Positions 36,280 to 44,272 of a stretch of DNA of 64,000 bases are shown in pieces (the first letter of the stretch is position 1; each line of letters starts with the position of its first letter). The translations under genes and the position numbers were made by a program. The notes under the pieces were generated by a model that worked only from the letters and a program-made list of their open reading frames with translations, was not told the origin of the DNA and did not search any database. The stretch is from Candidatus Saccharimonadales bacterium (GTDB taxonomy: Bacteria; Patescibacteriota; Saccharimonadia; Saccharimonadales; DASZAF01), in the NCBI GenBank assembly GCA_035480055.1, contig DATIIB010000006.1:73209-137208 (forward strand). Direction: 5' to 3'.

Positions 36280-38166
36280 ATGAACGCACAACAAATTCGC
36301 AAAGCTTATGTAGATTTCTTTACGGCACGTGGCCACAAAGTGATTCCGCGTGCTTTGTTGGTTCCCCAAAACGACCCAACCACTCTTTTTACTGGTAGCG
36401 GCATGCAACCATTGTTGCCGTATCTGCTGGGCGAAGAACATCCTGATGGCACGCGCTTGGTTGACTCGCAGACTTGCTTGCGTGCGCAGGATATCGAGGA
36501 AGTGGGCGATAATCGCCACACCACCTTTTTTGAGATGCTCGGCAACTGGAGTTTGGGCGACTACTTTAAATCAGAACAACTCCCGCAATTTTTTGAATTC
36601 CTGACCGACGTCGTTGGCCTGGATCCACAAAAAATATACGTGACCTGTTTTATTGGTGATGAAGCGAGCGGCGTACCACGTGACACCGAAAGCGCCGAGA
36701 TTTGGCAAAACCTGTTTAGCAAAAAAGGCATCACTGCCGAGACAGCCGACATCGGTTCCGAAGCCGCTGGCTATACGCGCGGCATCAAACCAGGCGAACG
36801 CATCTTTTACTATGATGCTGACAAAAACTGGTGGTGGCGTGGCGACAAAATCAGCGACATGCCGGCAGGTGAACCAGGCGGCCCAGACAGCGAAGTCTTT
36901 TACGAGTTTGATTTTGTGCAGCACAACCCCGACTATGGCGACCACTGTCATCCTAACTGCGACTGCGGCCGCTTTATGGAAATTGGCAACAGCGTCTTTA
37001 TGGAATACCTCAAAACCGAGAATGGTTTTGAAAAACTCCCCAAACAAAATGTTGATTTTGGCGGTGGTTTAGAGCGAATCGCGACAGCTGCCATCGACAA
37101 CCCTGATATGTTTAAAATTAGCGTGCTGTGGCCAATCGTTGAAAAACTCGAGCAGCTCAGTGGCAAAACCTATGATAGCCACACCAACGCCATGCGAGTG
37201 ATTGCTGATCACATGCGGGCGGCCACTTTTTTGGCCGTAGACGGCGTGGTACCCAGCAACAAAGAGCAAGGCTATGTGATGCGCCGACTGATGCGCCGGG
37301 CGATTCGTTTTGCCTTTGACCTGGGGATTGAGCAGAACTTCTGCGAAGAAGTAGTGCCAGTGATTGTGAGCCTCTATGCTGATGACTTTCCAGAGATGGC
37401 TGAGCGCCGTTTGCAGGTGATTGAAACATTGGTGAACGAAGAAAAATTATTCCGCAAGACGCTGCGTAAAGGTATCCACGAATTTGCCAAACTGACCGAA
37501 GGCCGCAAACTTTTGGATGGCGAAGTGATCTTTAAACTTTACGATACCTATGGTTTTCCAACCGAACTGAGCATCGAGGAAGCATACAAAAACGAGCTAG
37601 AAGTTTCCAAAGATTGGCAACATGAGTTCGAACATCACATGCAAGCCCAGCGCGACCGCTCCCGCACCGCCACCAAAGGTGAATTCAAAGGCGGCTTGGC
37701 CGATCATTCCGAAATCACCACCAAGTATCACACCGCGACTCACTTGATGTACCGTGCCCTGCGGACCATTCTGGGCGACCACGTGGTGCAACGCGGTAGC
37801 AACATTACAGCTGAGCGGATTCGTTTTGACTTTTCGCACCCAGAAAAGGTCACGTCCGAACAACTCAAGCAAGTCGAAGATATGGTGAACGAGCAGATTG
37901 CCAAAGATTGGCCCATGAGCTGGCGCGAAGAAAAGACCAAGGATGTGCTGGGCAAAGTCCTGGGTGCTTTTGGCGATCGCTACGGCGAAACGGTCAAAGT
38001 GTACACCGTAGGCGACCCTGATGGCGAGCAGTACAGTCGCGAAATTTGTGGCGGCCCGCACGTGGAACACACCGGGCAACTAGCCGAAGGTGGCAAAACC
38101 TTCAAGATTCTCAAGGAAGAGTCGAGCTCGGCCGGGGTGCGGCGGATTAAAGCTGCGTTGGTGTAG
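36280..38166 (+). CDS. alaS: alanine--tRNA ligase (628 aa; catalytic + editing domains, no C-Ala domain)
   Basis: The segments FFTARGHKVIP and FEMLGNWSLGDYFK are present. The editing-domain motifs are HTATHLMYRAL and CGGPHV. The protein ends at SSSAGVRRIKAALV. Confidence 0.93.
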   Translation: MNAQQIRKAYVDFFTARGHKVIPRALLVPQNDPTTLFTGSGMQPLLPYLLGEEHPDGTRLVDSQTCLRAQDIEEVGDNRHTTFFEMLGNWSLGDYFKSEQLPQFFEFLTDVVGLDPQKIYVTCFIGDEASGVPRDTESAEIWQNLFSKKGITAETADIGSEAAGYTRGIKPGERIFYYDADKNWWWRGDKISDMPAGEPGGPDSEVFYEFDFVQHNPDYGDHCHPNCDCGRFMEIGNSVFMEYLKTENGFEKLPKQNVDFGGGLERIATAAIDNPDMFKISVLWPIVEKLEQLSGKTYDSHTNAMRVIADHMRAATFLAVDGVVPSNKEQGYVMRRLMRRAIRFAFDLGIEQNFCEEVVPVIVSLYADDFPEMAERRLQVIETLVNEEKLFRKTLRKGIHEFAKLTEGRKLLDGEVIFKLYDTYGFPTELSIEEAYKNELEVSKDWQHEFEHHMQAQRDRSRTATKGEFKGGLADHSEITTKYHTATHLMYRALRTILGDHVVQRGSNITAERIRFDFSHPEKVTSEQLKQVEDMVNEQIAKDWPMSWREEKTKDVLGKVLGAFGDRYGETVKVYTVGDPDGEQYSREICGGPHVEHTGQLAEGGKTFKILKEESSSAGVRRIKAALV

Positions 38167-38560
38167 TCTCTGATCTTCCTTTAAAGACTGCAAGTCCAAC
38201 TGTATAGAATAAAGATATGGCGCCACTGTAGGCTACTATTTGAATGCGCACATCCGGGATAATCCTGATCGCATAGAATGCAACAAGTGTGCATAGAGCT
38301 GATAAGGTTGCAATTAAGCCGTTGTGCCTGAACCGGTAATAGCGAAGAAGACCCGCTCCGGCCGCGTGTGCAATGACGTTGCTTGCTAGAAAGATAAAGG
38401 GGGAGCTAAAGGTGCAATATCCGTAACTTCGGAAGTGTCCGACCGCATCTTTGCATGCATTGACTGGATGCTGTAGGGGGGTAAGCGTGATGAGGAAGAC
38501 TAGGAGGCAGCTAGTGGTGGCCAGCGTAATTAAGAAAAGTTTTCTAATATCTTTTTTCAT
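38147..38560 (-). CDS. hypothetical membrane protein (about 4 TM segments)
   Basis: The start is placed at MKKDIRKLF (ATG 38560). The 3' end overlaps alaS by 20 nt (convergent). Confidence 0.55.
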   Translation of the reverse strand: MKKDIRKLFLITLATTSCLLVFLITLTPLQHPVNACKDAVGHFRSYGYCTFSSPFIFLASNVIAHAAGAGLLRYYRFRHNGLIATLSALCTLVAFYAIRIIPDVRIQIVAYSGAISLFYTVGLAVFKGRSETTPTQL

Positions 38561-38582
38561 GGCTACATAGTAGCATTTTGCT

Positions 38583-38910
38583 ACCCCTCCTCCCCCTACG
38601 CTCCTCGCACCCCAACAGCCCAAAGACAGAAATCCGCCTTTCAGGCGTCATACAGTCTCTTGGAATGGGAGGTGGTTGCGGACTGTCCTCCGCTCGGTAG
38701 AGCGATAAGAATATTAGGAATCAGCTTTCAGACAACCACCATATCGCTATTACCAACAACGAGGACAGCCATCACTCTTCCGAGGGCTCCCAAAAGTAAT
38801 GTCGGCTTACGAAGTAAACGGTTACGTTGCTTTTGGGAAACGGAAGGGTGAGGAGCGACCTGAGATGGTATGGGCGGATTAGGGGGTGGGAGCCGTGGAA
38901 TAGGTAGGGG
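38583..38910. ncRNA. candidate structured non-coding region (unassigned class)
   Basis: A 413-bp gap without a credible ORF in an otherwise gap-free locus. The C-rich 5' segment CGCTCCTC(G)CACCC (38599-38612) is complementary to GGGTGAGGAGCG (38846-38857). There are several further 7-8 bp complementary pairs. Confidence 0.3.
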
Positions 38911-38976
38911 ATATATGGGTGCAACGCAAGGGTTAACCATAAACAAAATCCACATATTGTTGTATAATTCCAGGTG

Positions 38977-40251
38977 ATGATTCTCGATAAACTGCATCGT
39001 AAAAAACCAGCGGGCGGCCATGCTGATGGCGCACCGTTTGTTGCTCTTGATATTGGTACCGAATACGTAAAGGCCTTGATCGCCAGAGTGAATGGCGAAG
39101 CGATTGAAATTATTGGTATGGGACGTGCCCACCAGGGGTTGGACGACATGCACTCTGGCGCCATTGCCGACATTGCTGGCGTGGTGCATAACTGCGAACA
39201 AGCCCTTGGCGACGCCGAACAGCAAGCTGGCGTGACTGGCCGGCAGGCGGTTCTGGGCATTGCGGGCGAATTGGTCAAGGGCGTCACGCACACCATTCGC
39301 TACAAACGGCCGCAGCCCGAAAAGCCACTCGACATGCGCGAGATGGAGTTTATTATCCAAAAAGTCCAAGAACGTGCGCACGAAAAAGTCCAACGCCAAG
39401 TGGCGAGAGAGACCGGTAATCCAGATGTCGAAATCAAACTGGTCAACAGCGCGATTGTCAGCATCCACATCGATAGTTACAAGGTAAGCAATCCAATTGG
39501 TTTTCAGGGCAAAGACGTCGCGATCCAAATTTACACCGCTTTTGCGCCCATGGTCCATATTGGGGCGTTGGAGCAGACAGCTAACGAGCTAGATCTGGAT
39601 TTGCTGGCGGTTGCTGCTGAGCCATTCGCGGTTAGCCGATCGGTGCTAGGGACGGATGCGAGTAGTAACTTCACCGCAATTTTAGTAGACATTGGTGGCG
39701 GCACCACAGACATTGCCGTGATTAACGACGGCGGCGTGGAAGGAACTAAATCGTATGGCATTGGTGGCCGCGCGTTTACGCGAACTATTGCCAACGAGAT
39801 GGATATTGATTTTGGTAAAGCCGAAGACATGAAGATCAAACTTGGCACAGGTGAGCTAAACGGAGCTGATAAAGCCAAGGTCATCAGCGCACTCAAAAAG
39901 ACGCTCGGTGTCTGGCTGGATGGTCTGGAATTGGCACTCAGTGAGTTCGACGCCATTGACCATCTGCCAAGCCGCATCCTGTTGTGCGGTGGTGGCGCCA
40001 GCTTACAACCCCTGGTGCTGTCGCTCCGTGAGACCAGTTGGTATAAAAATCTGCCATTTACCAAGCAGCCTTCAATCCACCATGTGACGCCTGATGATGT
40101 TGCTGGGATTCGCGACGTGACGGGCAAAGTTCACGATCACACCTTTGTGACCGCCATGGGCTTGCTCAGGGTCGGCTATGATACTATAGAAGGAACAGGC
40201 GAGCAGTCTGACTCTATAAAAGACAAATTTAACCGCATGCTGCGTATATGA
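38977..40251 (+). CDS. ftsA: cell division protein FtsA (actin-like ATPase)
   Basis: The motifs FVALDIGTEYVKALIA and VDIGGGTTDIAV are present. TATAAT at 38963-38968 ends 8 nt before ATG 38977. GTG 38974 is the start given in the ORF track. Confidence 0.88.
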   Translation: MILDKLHRKKPAGGHADGAPFVALDIGTEYVKALIARVNGEAIEIIGMGRAHQGLDDMHSGAIADIAGVVHNCEQALGDAEQQAGVTGRQAVLGIAGELVKGVTHTIRYKRPQPEKPLDMREMEFIIQKVQERAHEKVQRQVARETGNPDVEIKLVNSAIVSIHIDSYKVSNPIGFQGKDVAIQIYTAFAPMVHIGALEQTANELDLDLLAVAAEPFAVSRSVLGTDASSNFTAILVDIGGGTTDIAVINDGGVEGTKSYGIGGRAFTRTIANEMDIDFGKAEDMKIKLGTGELNGADKAKVISALKKTLGVWLDGLELALSEFDAIDHLPSRILLCGGGASLQPLVLSLRETSWYKNLPFTKQPSIHHVTPDDVAGIRDVTGKVHDHTFVTAMGLLRVGYDTIEGTGEQSDSIKDKFNRMLRI

Positions 40252-41873
40252 AAAAAGACATAATTTATATTGATGTTGAAGATGATCTGACCGCGATTAT
40301 CGAGAAGATCAAAAAATCTGGCGCGTCGATTATTGCTTTGGTGCCGCCACGTCGGTTGGGCGTATTGCAAAGTGTGGTCAACCTTAAGCTTTTAAAACGC
40401 GCTGCCGACGAAGTGGACAAAAAAGCGGTCCTGATCACCAGCGATCAATCTTTAATGTCGTTGACCGCAGGTATTGGATTGCCAATAGCGCGCAATTTGC
40501 AGTCGCGACCCGAGATTGTTCCGGAAAATCCTGAAGAATCGGCAGAGCCAGATATCATTGAAGGGCAGGCGATGACTGACGCAACGCCAGAAGAGCCTCA
40601 AGACGACAACGTGATTGCACCTTCAGCTGGTCCTGCTGCTGCTTCGCCCCGAGCCGTAAAGCCCAAAAAACCGAAGAGCACCAAAAAATTTAAAGTACCA
40701 AACTTTGAGTCATTCCGAAAACGCATTTTACTGATTGGCGGCGGTCTGGTGCTGTTGATCGGCTTTTTGGTATGGGCGGTGATGTATGCGCCAAAAGCCA
40801 CGGTGGTGGTGAAGGCTCAGACGCAAAAGGTGCACGGCAAGATTGATGCAACCGTTGATAGCGATGCCTCCAAAACCGACGCGAATGCCAAAGCCTTTAA
40901 GGGCCAGCTTCGCCAAGACACCAAAAACCTGACGCAGACCTTTACTCCAACCGGCAAAAAGGACGTGGGCGACAAAGCAGGTGGCAATATCACCATCCGA
41001 AACTGTGATTACTCCGATGGCTTTACCTTGCAAGCTGGCGCCCAATTTGTCGCCGCCAGCGGCCAGACATTTGTAAGCACCCAAAGTGTGACCGTGCCGA
41101 AGTTTAGCGGCTCGGCCAGCACCTGTACTACCAATGGCAGCACCGCCGGATCGGCAACGGTTGCGGTGCAAGCTTCGGCCATTGGTGATAGCTACAATGT
41201 GGTTGCCCAAAACTATTCCCTGCCTGGCATCACTGGCAAGGTTGATGCTGTGGGCACAGCCATGACCGGGGGCAGCAAAAAGACGGTTACTGTAGTCACT
41301 CAGGATGATGTCGACAAGGCTAAACAACTTGCCTTGGCTCAAGATCCAAACATCGAGAAGCAGGCGCTCATTAAGCAATTTGATAAATCAGCCTGGGTGC
41401 TTGATGATACTTTTGTGGCAAAACAGGGCACGACGGCAGTGAGTCCTAACGTTGATCAAGAAGCCACTGGTCAGGCAACGCTTACCATCCCTATGACCTA
41501 CACGGTGCTCGGCATTGCCAACAGCGATATCAACAGCATGCTCAGTGCGTATTTTAACGGGCAGATCGAAAATAAAGCCCAGCAAAAAGTGTACGATAAT
41601 GGCTACAGCAAGTTAAGCCTCACGATCACCGACAAACCTACGCCCCAAAAAGCAACCATCTCTCTTGATACCAATGGCTATCTGGGCCCGAATATTGACA
41701 CAGCTGCGCTTGCAACGCAACTGGTCGGCAAGCGGTATGGCGAGATTGAATCGATCGTGAAGCCAATCTCTGGCGTCCAAAGTGTGGATTCCAAGTTCTC
41801 ACCGTTCTGGGTAACCAAAGCGCCAAAGGCCACCAAAATTACCATTAAACTCGAAGTCGCCAATGCGCAGTAA
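40248..41873 (+). CDS. bitopic membrane protein of unknown function, translationally coupled to ftsA
   Basis: ATGA overlap with the ftsA stop. The protein has an N-terminal cytoplasmic domain of about 90 aa, an acidic linker, one TM segment (ILLIGGGLVLLIGFLVWAVMYA) and an extracytoplasmic region of about 370 aa rich in beta-strand-like sequence. Confidence 0.7.
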   Translation: MKKDIIYIDVEDDLTAIIEKIKKSGASIIALVPPRRLGVLQSVVNLKLLKRAADEVDKKAVLITSDQSLMSLTAGIGLPIARNLQSRPEIVPENPEESAEPDIIEGQAMTDATPEEPQDDNVIAPSAGPAAASPRAVKPKKPKSTKKFKVPNFESFRKRILLIGGGLVLLIGFLVWAVMYAPKATVVVKAQTQKVHGKIDATVDSDASKTDANAKAFKGQLRQDTKNLTQTFTPTGKKDVGDKAGGNITIRNCDYSDGFTLQAGAQFVAASGQTFVSTQSVTVPKFSGSASTCTTNGSTAGSATVAVQASAIGDSYNVVAQNYSLPGITGKVDAVGTAMTGGSKKTVTVVTQDDVDKAKQLALAQDPNIEKQALIKQFDKSAWVLDDTFVAKQGTTAVSPNVDQEATGQATLTIPMTYTVLGIANSDINSMLSAYFNGQIENKAQQKVYDNGYSKLSLTITDKPTPQKATISLDTNGYLGPNIDTAALATQLVGKRYGEIESIVKPISGVQSVDSKFSPFWVTKAPKATKITIKLEVANAQ

Positions 41874-42303
41874 GCAGGATACGACGCCTGCGGCGCTGGC
41901 CAGCTCGATTCTGTCGTTGGACGTTGGGGAACGCCGGATTGGCGTGGCCTGGGCTGATGGGACGCTGCGCATTCCCTTTCCGCTGGTCACTCTTCCCGCT
42001 GATAAAGCGCCCATTCTTAAGATCAAAGAATTGTACGAGGACCAACGTGCGGGCTTGATCGTGATCGGCTTGCCTCGCAATCAGCAAGGTGAAGAAACAG
42101 CTCAGAGCGCGTACGCTCGTGCCTTTGCCGCCAAGCTCACCGAAGAAGGGCTGCCCGTAACTTTTCAAGATGAGTCACTCACTTCGGTTCTGGCCGAAGA
42201 AGAACTCAAACAACGCGGCAAACCCTACAAAAAAGAAGAAATTGATAGTCTGGCTGCGACCTTAATTCTCCAAGATTATCTGCAAAGGAGTGTTCATGTC
42301 TAA
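41863..42303 (+). CDS. ruvX: Holliday junction resolvase-like protein RuvX (YqgF)
   Basis: The segments ILSLDVGERRIGVAWAD and VIGLPRNQQGEE are present. Confidence 0.88.
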   Translation: MRSKQDTTPAALASSILSLDVGERRIGVAWADGTLRIPFPLVTLPADKAPILKIKELYEDQRAGLIVIGLPRNQQGEETAQSAYARAFAAKLTEEGLPVTFQDESLTSVLAEEELKQRGKPYKKEEIDSLAATLILQDYLQRSVHV

Positions 42304-43363
42304 TCTACCCGCACCTATGCTCATTACTAAAAAACAACCTCGATGGTTTACTCGTCCACTCACAATCATTATTGCGGCAGCCATAATTGTCGCTATCGGT
42401 ACCGTCGGCGGTGTGTTGTACATGAATCATTGGTACAAGGCCAGTTTAAAGCCGTTGAGTAGCGAGCAGCAACGTATTCGAGTCACTATTTCTGAAGGGG
42501 CAGACGCCGGCCAGATTGGTAAATTGCTGCAGGGAAAGGGAGTCATTCGGAGTGCGCGCAGCTTTAGTCGCTACGTGGATAATACTCATAATAAGGAGCG
42601 CCTTCAGGCAGGCACTTATCTGTTTTCGCCAAGCGAATCGGTGCAAACGATTGTAGACATGCTGGCTAATGGCAAGGTTGATACTTTTAACCTAACCCTA
42701 GTGCCAGGCAAGCGCCTCGACCAAATCAAAGCGAGTCTGGTTAAAGCTGGGTTTGATGAAACACAGGTTGCGACCGCCTTAGCTGCCAAGTACGACAGCC
42801 CTTTGTTGGCTGACAAACCGGCCAGCGCTGATCTGGAGGGCTACATTTTTCCAGATACGTATCAGCTAAACTCCGAGACCACACCGTCGCAGTTTTTTGA
42901 GATTGCCCTCGCCAACCTATATAAACGAGTTCAAGATGAGGGGTTGATTGATAAACTGCACCAGCGCGGTCTCAATTTGCACCAAGCCTTTACGCTGGCC
43001 TCAATTGTGCAGCAAGAAGCAAGTAATGCCGATGATCAACGCATGGTTGCGCAAGTGTTTTTGAGCCGGCTGCAGCAGAATATGATGTTGGGTTCGGATG
43101 TGACTGCGTTTTACGCTTCGTACAAGGCGGGCATCGCCAACAATATCAGCATAAACTCGCCGTATAACACTCGCGTAAACAAAGGTTTGCCGCCAGGACC
43201 TATTGGTAACTTTAACTTAAGCGCGCTTGAAGCCGTAGCTAATCCTTCCAACACAGATTATTTGTTCTTCGTGGCTGGCGACGATGGGAAGATCTATTAT
43301 AGTCACACGCAAGCTGAGCACGAGCAATTGACCAAAGAATATTGCACCAAGCTTTGCCAATGA
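42296..43363 (+). CDS. mltG: endolytic murein transglycosylase MltG (YceG-like)
   Basis: ATG 42296 is preceded by AAAGGAG (the track starts at GTG 42290). The protein has an N-terminal TM segment and the segments LASIVQQEA and SPYNTRVNKGLPPGPIGN. Confidence 0.88.
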   Translation: MSNLPAPMLITKKQPRWFTRPLTIIIAAAIIVAIGTVGGVLYMNHWYKASLKPLSSEQQRIRVTISEGADAGQIGKLLQGKGVIRSARSFSRYVDNTHNKERLQAGTYLFSPSESVQTIVDMLANGKVDTFNLTLVPGKRLDQIKASLVKAGFDETQVATALAAKYDSPLLADKPASADLEGYIFPDTYQLNSETTPSQFFEIALANLYKRVQDEGLIDKLHQRGLNLHQAFTLASIVQQEASNADDQRMVAQVFLSRLQQNMMLGSDVTAFYASYKAGIANNISINSPYNTRVNKGLPPGPIGNFNLSALEAVANPSNTDYLFFVAGDDGKIYYSHTQAEHEQLTKEYCTKLCQ

Positions 43364-43367
43364 TAAA

Positions 43368-43664
43368 TTAGTGAGTGATTAGTATAGCTACAATGGCAGA
43401 GATCGCTGATGTGATAATGGCAGCCACTACGGTTGAAACCCAAAACCGACCACTCTTTAGCAGTCGGTTCTCATATTCCTTGCCAGCATATTTCATAACT
43501 AACTCTTCAAACTCAACAGTTCCTGTATATGCAACGATCATGTCGTGAATCTTTTCTTTATATCTGTCATGCTGTAGCGCTTCAAGAATTTGATCGCCAA
43601 TAGCACTGTCGAGTGATACTGCGGGGATTTTTTGAGTTTGAGAGACCTTGCGATTTGTCATCAC
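43368..43664 (-). CDS. small tail-anchored membrane protein (hypothetical)
   Basis: 98 aa with the C-terminal TM segment FWVSTVVAAIITSAISAIVAILI. Its start directly abuts the upstream gene's stop. The locus is AT-rich. Confidence 0.55.
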   Translation of the reverse strand: MMTNRKVSQTQKIPAVSLDSAIGDQILEALQHDRYKEKIHDMIVAYTGTVEFEELVMKYAGKEYENRLLKSGRFWVSTVVAAIITSAISAIVAILITH

Positions 43665-43889
43665 CTAACTCACTTTGGCATCTTTTGATTTTTCGCTATT
43701 TTCTTTTATCTTTTCCAAGAAACCGATTGCAAGATTGATCGTCTCGTAAGGATCCTTACCTTCTATTTTGAAGAACTCTGCTAAGTCACGCAGCTGTTGG
43801 AGTGAACCATTACTAAATTCAACCACCAGCTTTTGCCTGGTTGAACCGTCGTCTTTTGACTCCTCTTCTATGTGTGATTGCGTTGGCAT
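43665..43889 (-). CDS. small protein with a ribbon-helix-helix-like pattern (hypothetical)
   Basis: 74 aa. The segment KLVVEFSNGSLQQLRDLAEFFKIEGKDPYETINLAIGFLEKI fits a beta-strand/helix/helix layout. Confidence 0.5.
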   Translation of the reverse strand: MPTQSHIEEESKDDGSTRQKLVVEFSNGSLQQLRDLAEFFKIEGKDPYETINLAIGFLEKIKENSEKSKDAKVS

Positions 43890-43977
43890 ACCTATAGTCT
43901 ACCTGATTTGTATAGCAAAAAGACAGTTTAAAATCAATTGCATTTTCGATGTTGTGAAATGTAGTCCTCGCACTGCA

Positions 43978-44006
43978 TTGACGGAGGTCATAAGAACGCT
44001 TACAAT
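43978..44006 (+). promoter_or_regulatory. sigma70 promoter TTGACG-17nt-TACAAT
   Basis: TTGACG lies at 43978-43983 and TACAAT at 44001-44006. The predicted TSS is near 44013, more than 200 nt before the next CDS. Confidence 0.6.
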
Positions 44007-44007
44007 A

Positions 44008-44272
44008 TGGGATGTACGTCAGTGCTGTCACGAGGCGTTATTACTGTAAAGTAAGTCCGGGTGTGGCATATAGACGGTACTCGGCGACCTTCCACAAATG
44101 TCGTAAGGGTTACATCTTAATAAGGTCGACTAGCCCCTGTTCTTTTATAGAAGCTAAGGCTGCAATGGAAGTCGCTTGCTGGTAACAGGAAGCACGGAGT
44201 ACGCATATTAGTAATATTGGTACAAAGACGGGCGAAGACTTAGTGTCTAAACCTGCTCGGCTTAATCTCCCA
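44008..44272 (+). ncRNA. rnpB: candidate RNase P RNA (type-A-like, reduced); flanking complementarity could extend it to 43963-44314
   Basis: Motifs are collinear with E. coli M1 RNA as I recall it. They are GTAAGTCCGGG (44051-61, CR-I GAAAGUCCGGG), CCACAAA (44092-98), GTAAGGGT (44103-10), GCTGGTAACAG (44178-88, GNRA hairpin), GCACGG (44192-97) and CGGCTTA (44258-64, CR-V). AAG(U)CCGGG pairs with GCUCGGCUU to give a P4-like helix with the bulged U. The boundaries and the 5' helices are unresolved. Confidence 0.45.

Noticed and set aside
38680-38691. GGAGGACAGTCC on the minus strand, resembling RNase P CR-I
   Set aside because: It lies near the 3' end of the candidate region on that strand. 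The only P4-like partner is about 75 nt away, and no other RNase P motifs are collinear. The 44.0-44.3 kb locus fits far better.
38583-38910. tmRNA, SRP RNA or 6S RNA assignment for the ftsA-upstream gap
   Set aside because: There is no T-arm/CCA-type 3' end, no GGUCCGGAAGGAAGCAGC-type SRP helix-8 motif, and the region is longer than typical 6S RNA. It is left unassigned.
38872-38910. G-run cluster (GGG, GGGGG, GGG, GGGG) as a possible G-quadruplex
   Set aside because: One loop would be about 16 nt, and the G-runs are better explained as the partner strand of the upstream C-rich block.
38728-39558. 276-aa ORF (and nested 174-aa ORF) antisense to ftsA, reaching into the upstream gap
   Set aside because: Most of it overlaps ftsA, which has clear actin-fold motifs. 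Its sequence has no motif and an odd composition.
44013-44270. c-di-AMP (ydaO-type) riboswitch upstream of the LysM-CHAP hydrolase
   Set aside because: The context is attractive: a promoter about 230 nt upstream of a wall hydrolase, with ACGGAG and GUAAGGGUUAC pieces. However, the near-invariant blocks I remember (GGGGUGAAUC, CAGCUAACCUCGUAAGCG) are absent or need several indels, and the motif order is wrong. RNase P motifs match better. This remains the alternative hypothesis, to be settled with Infernal.
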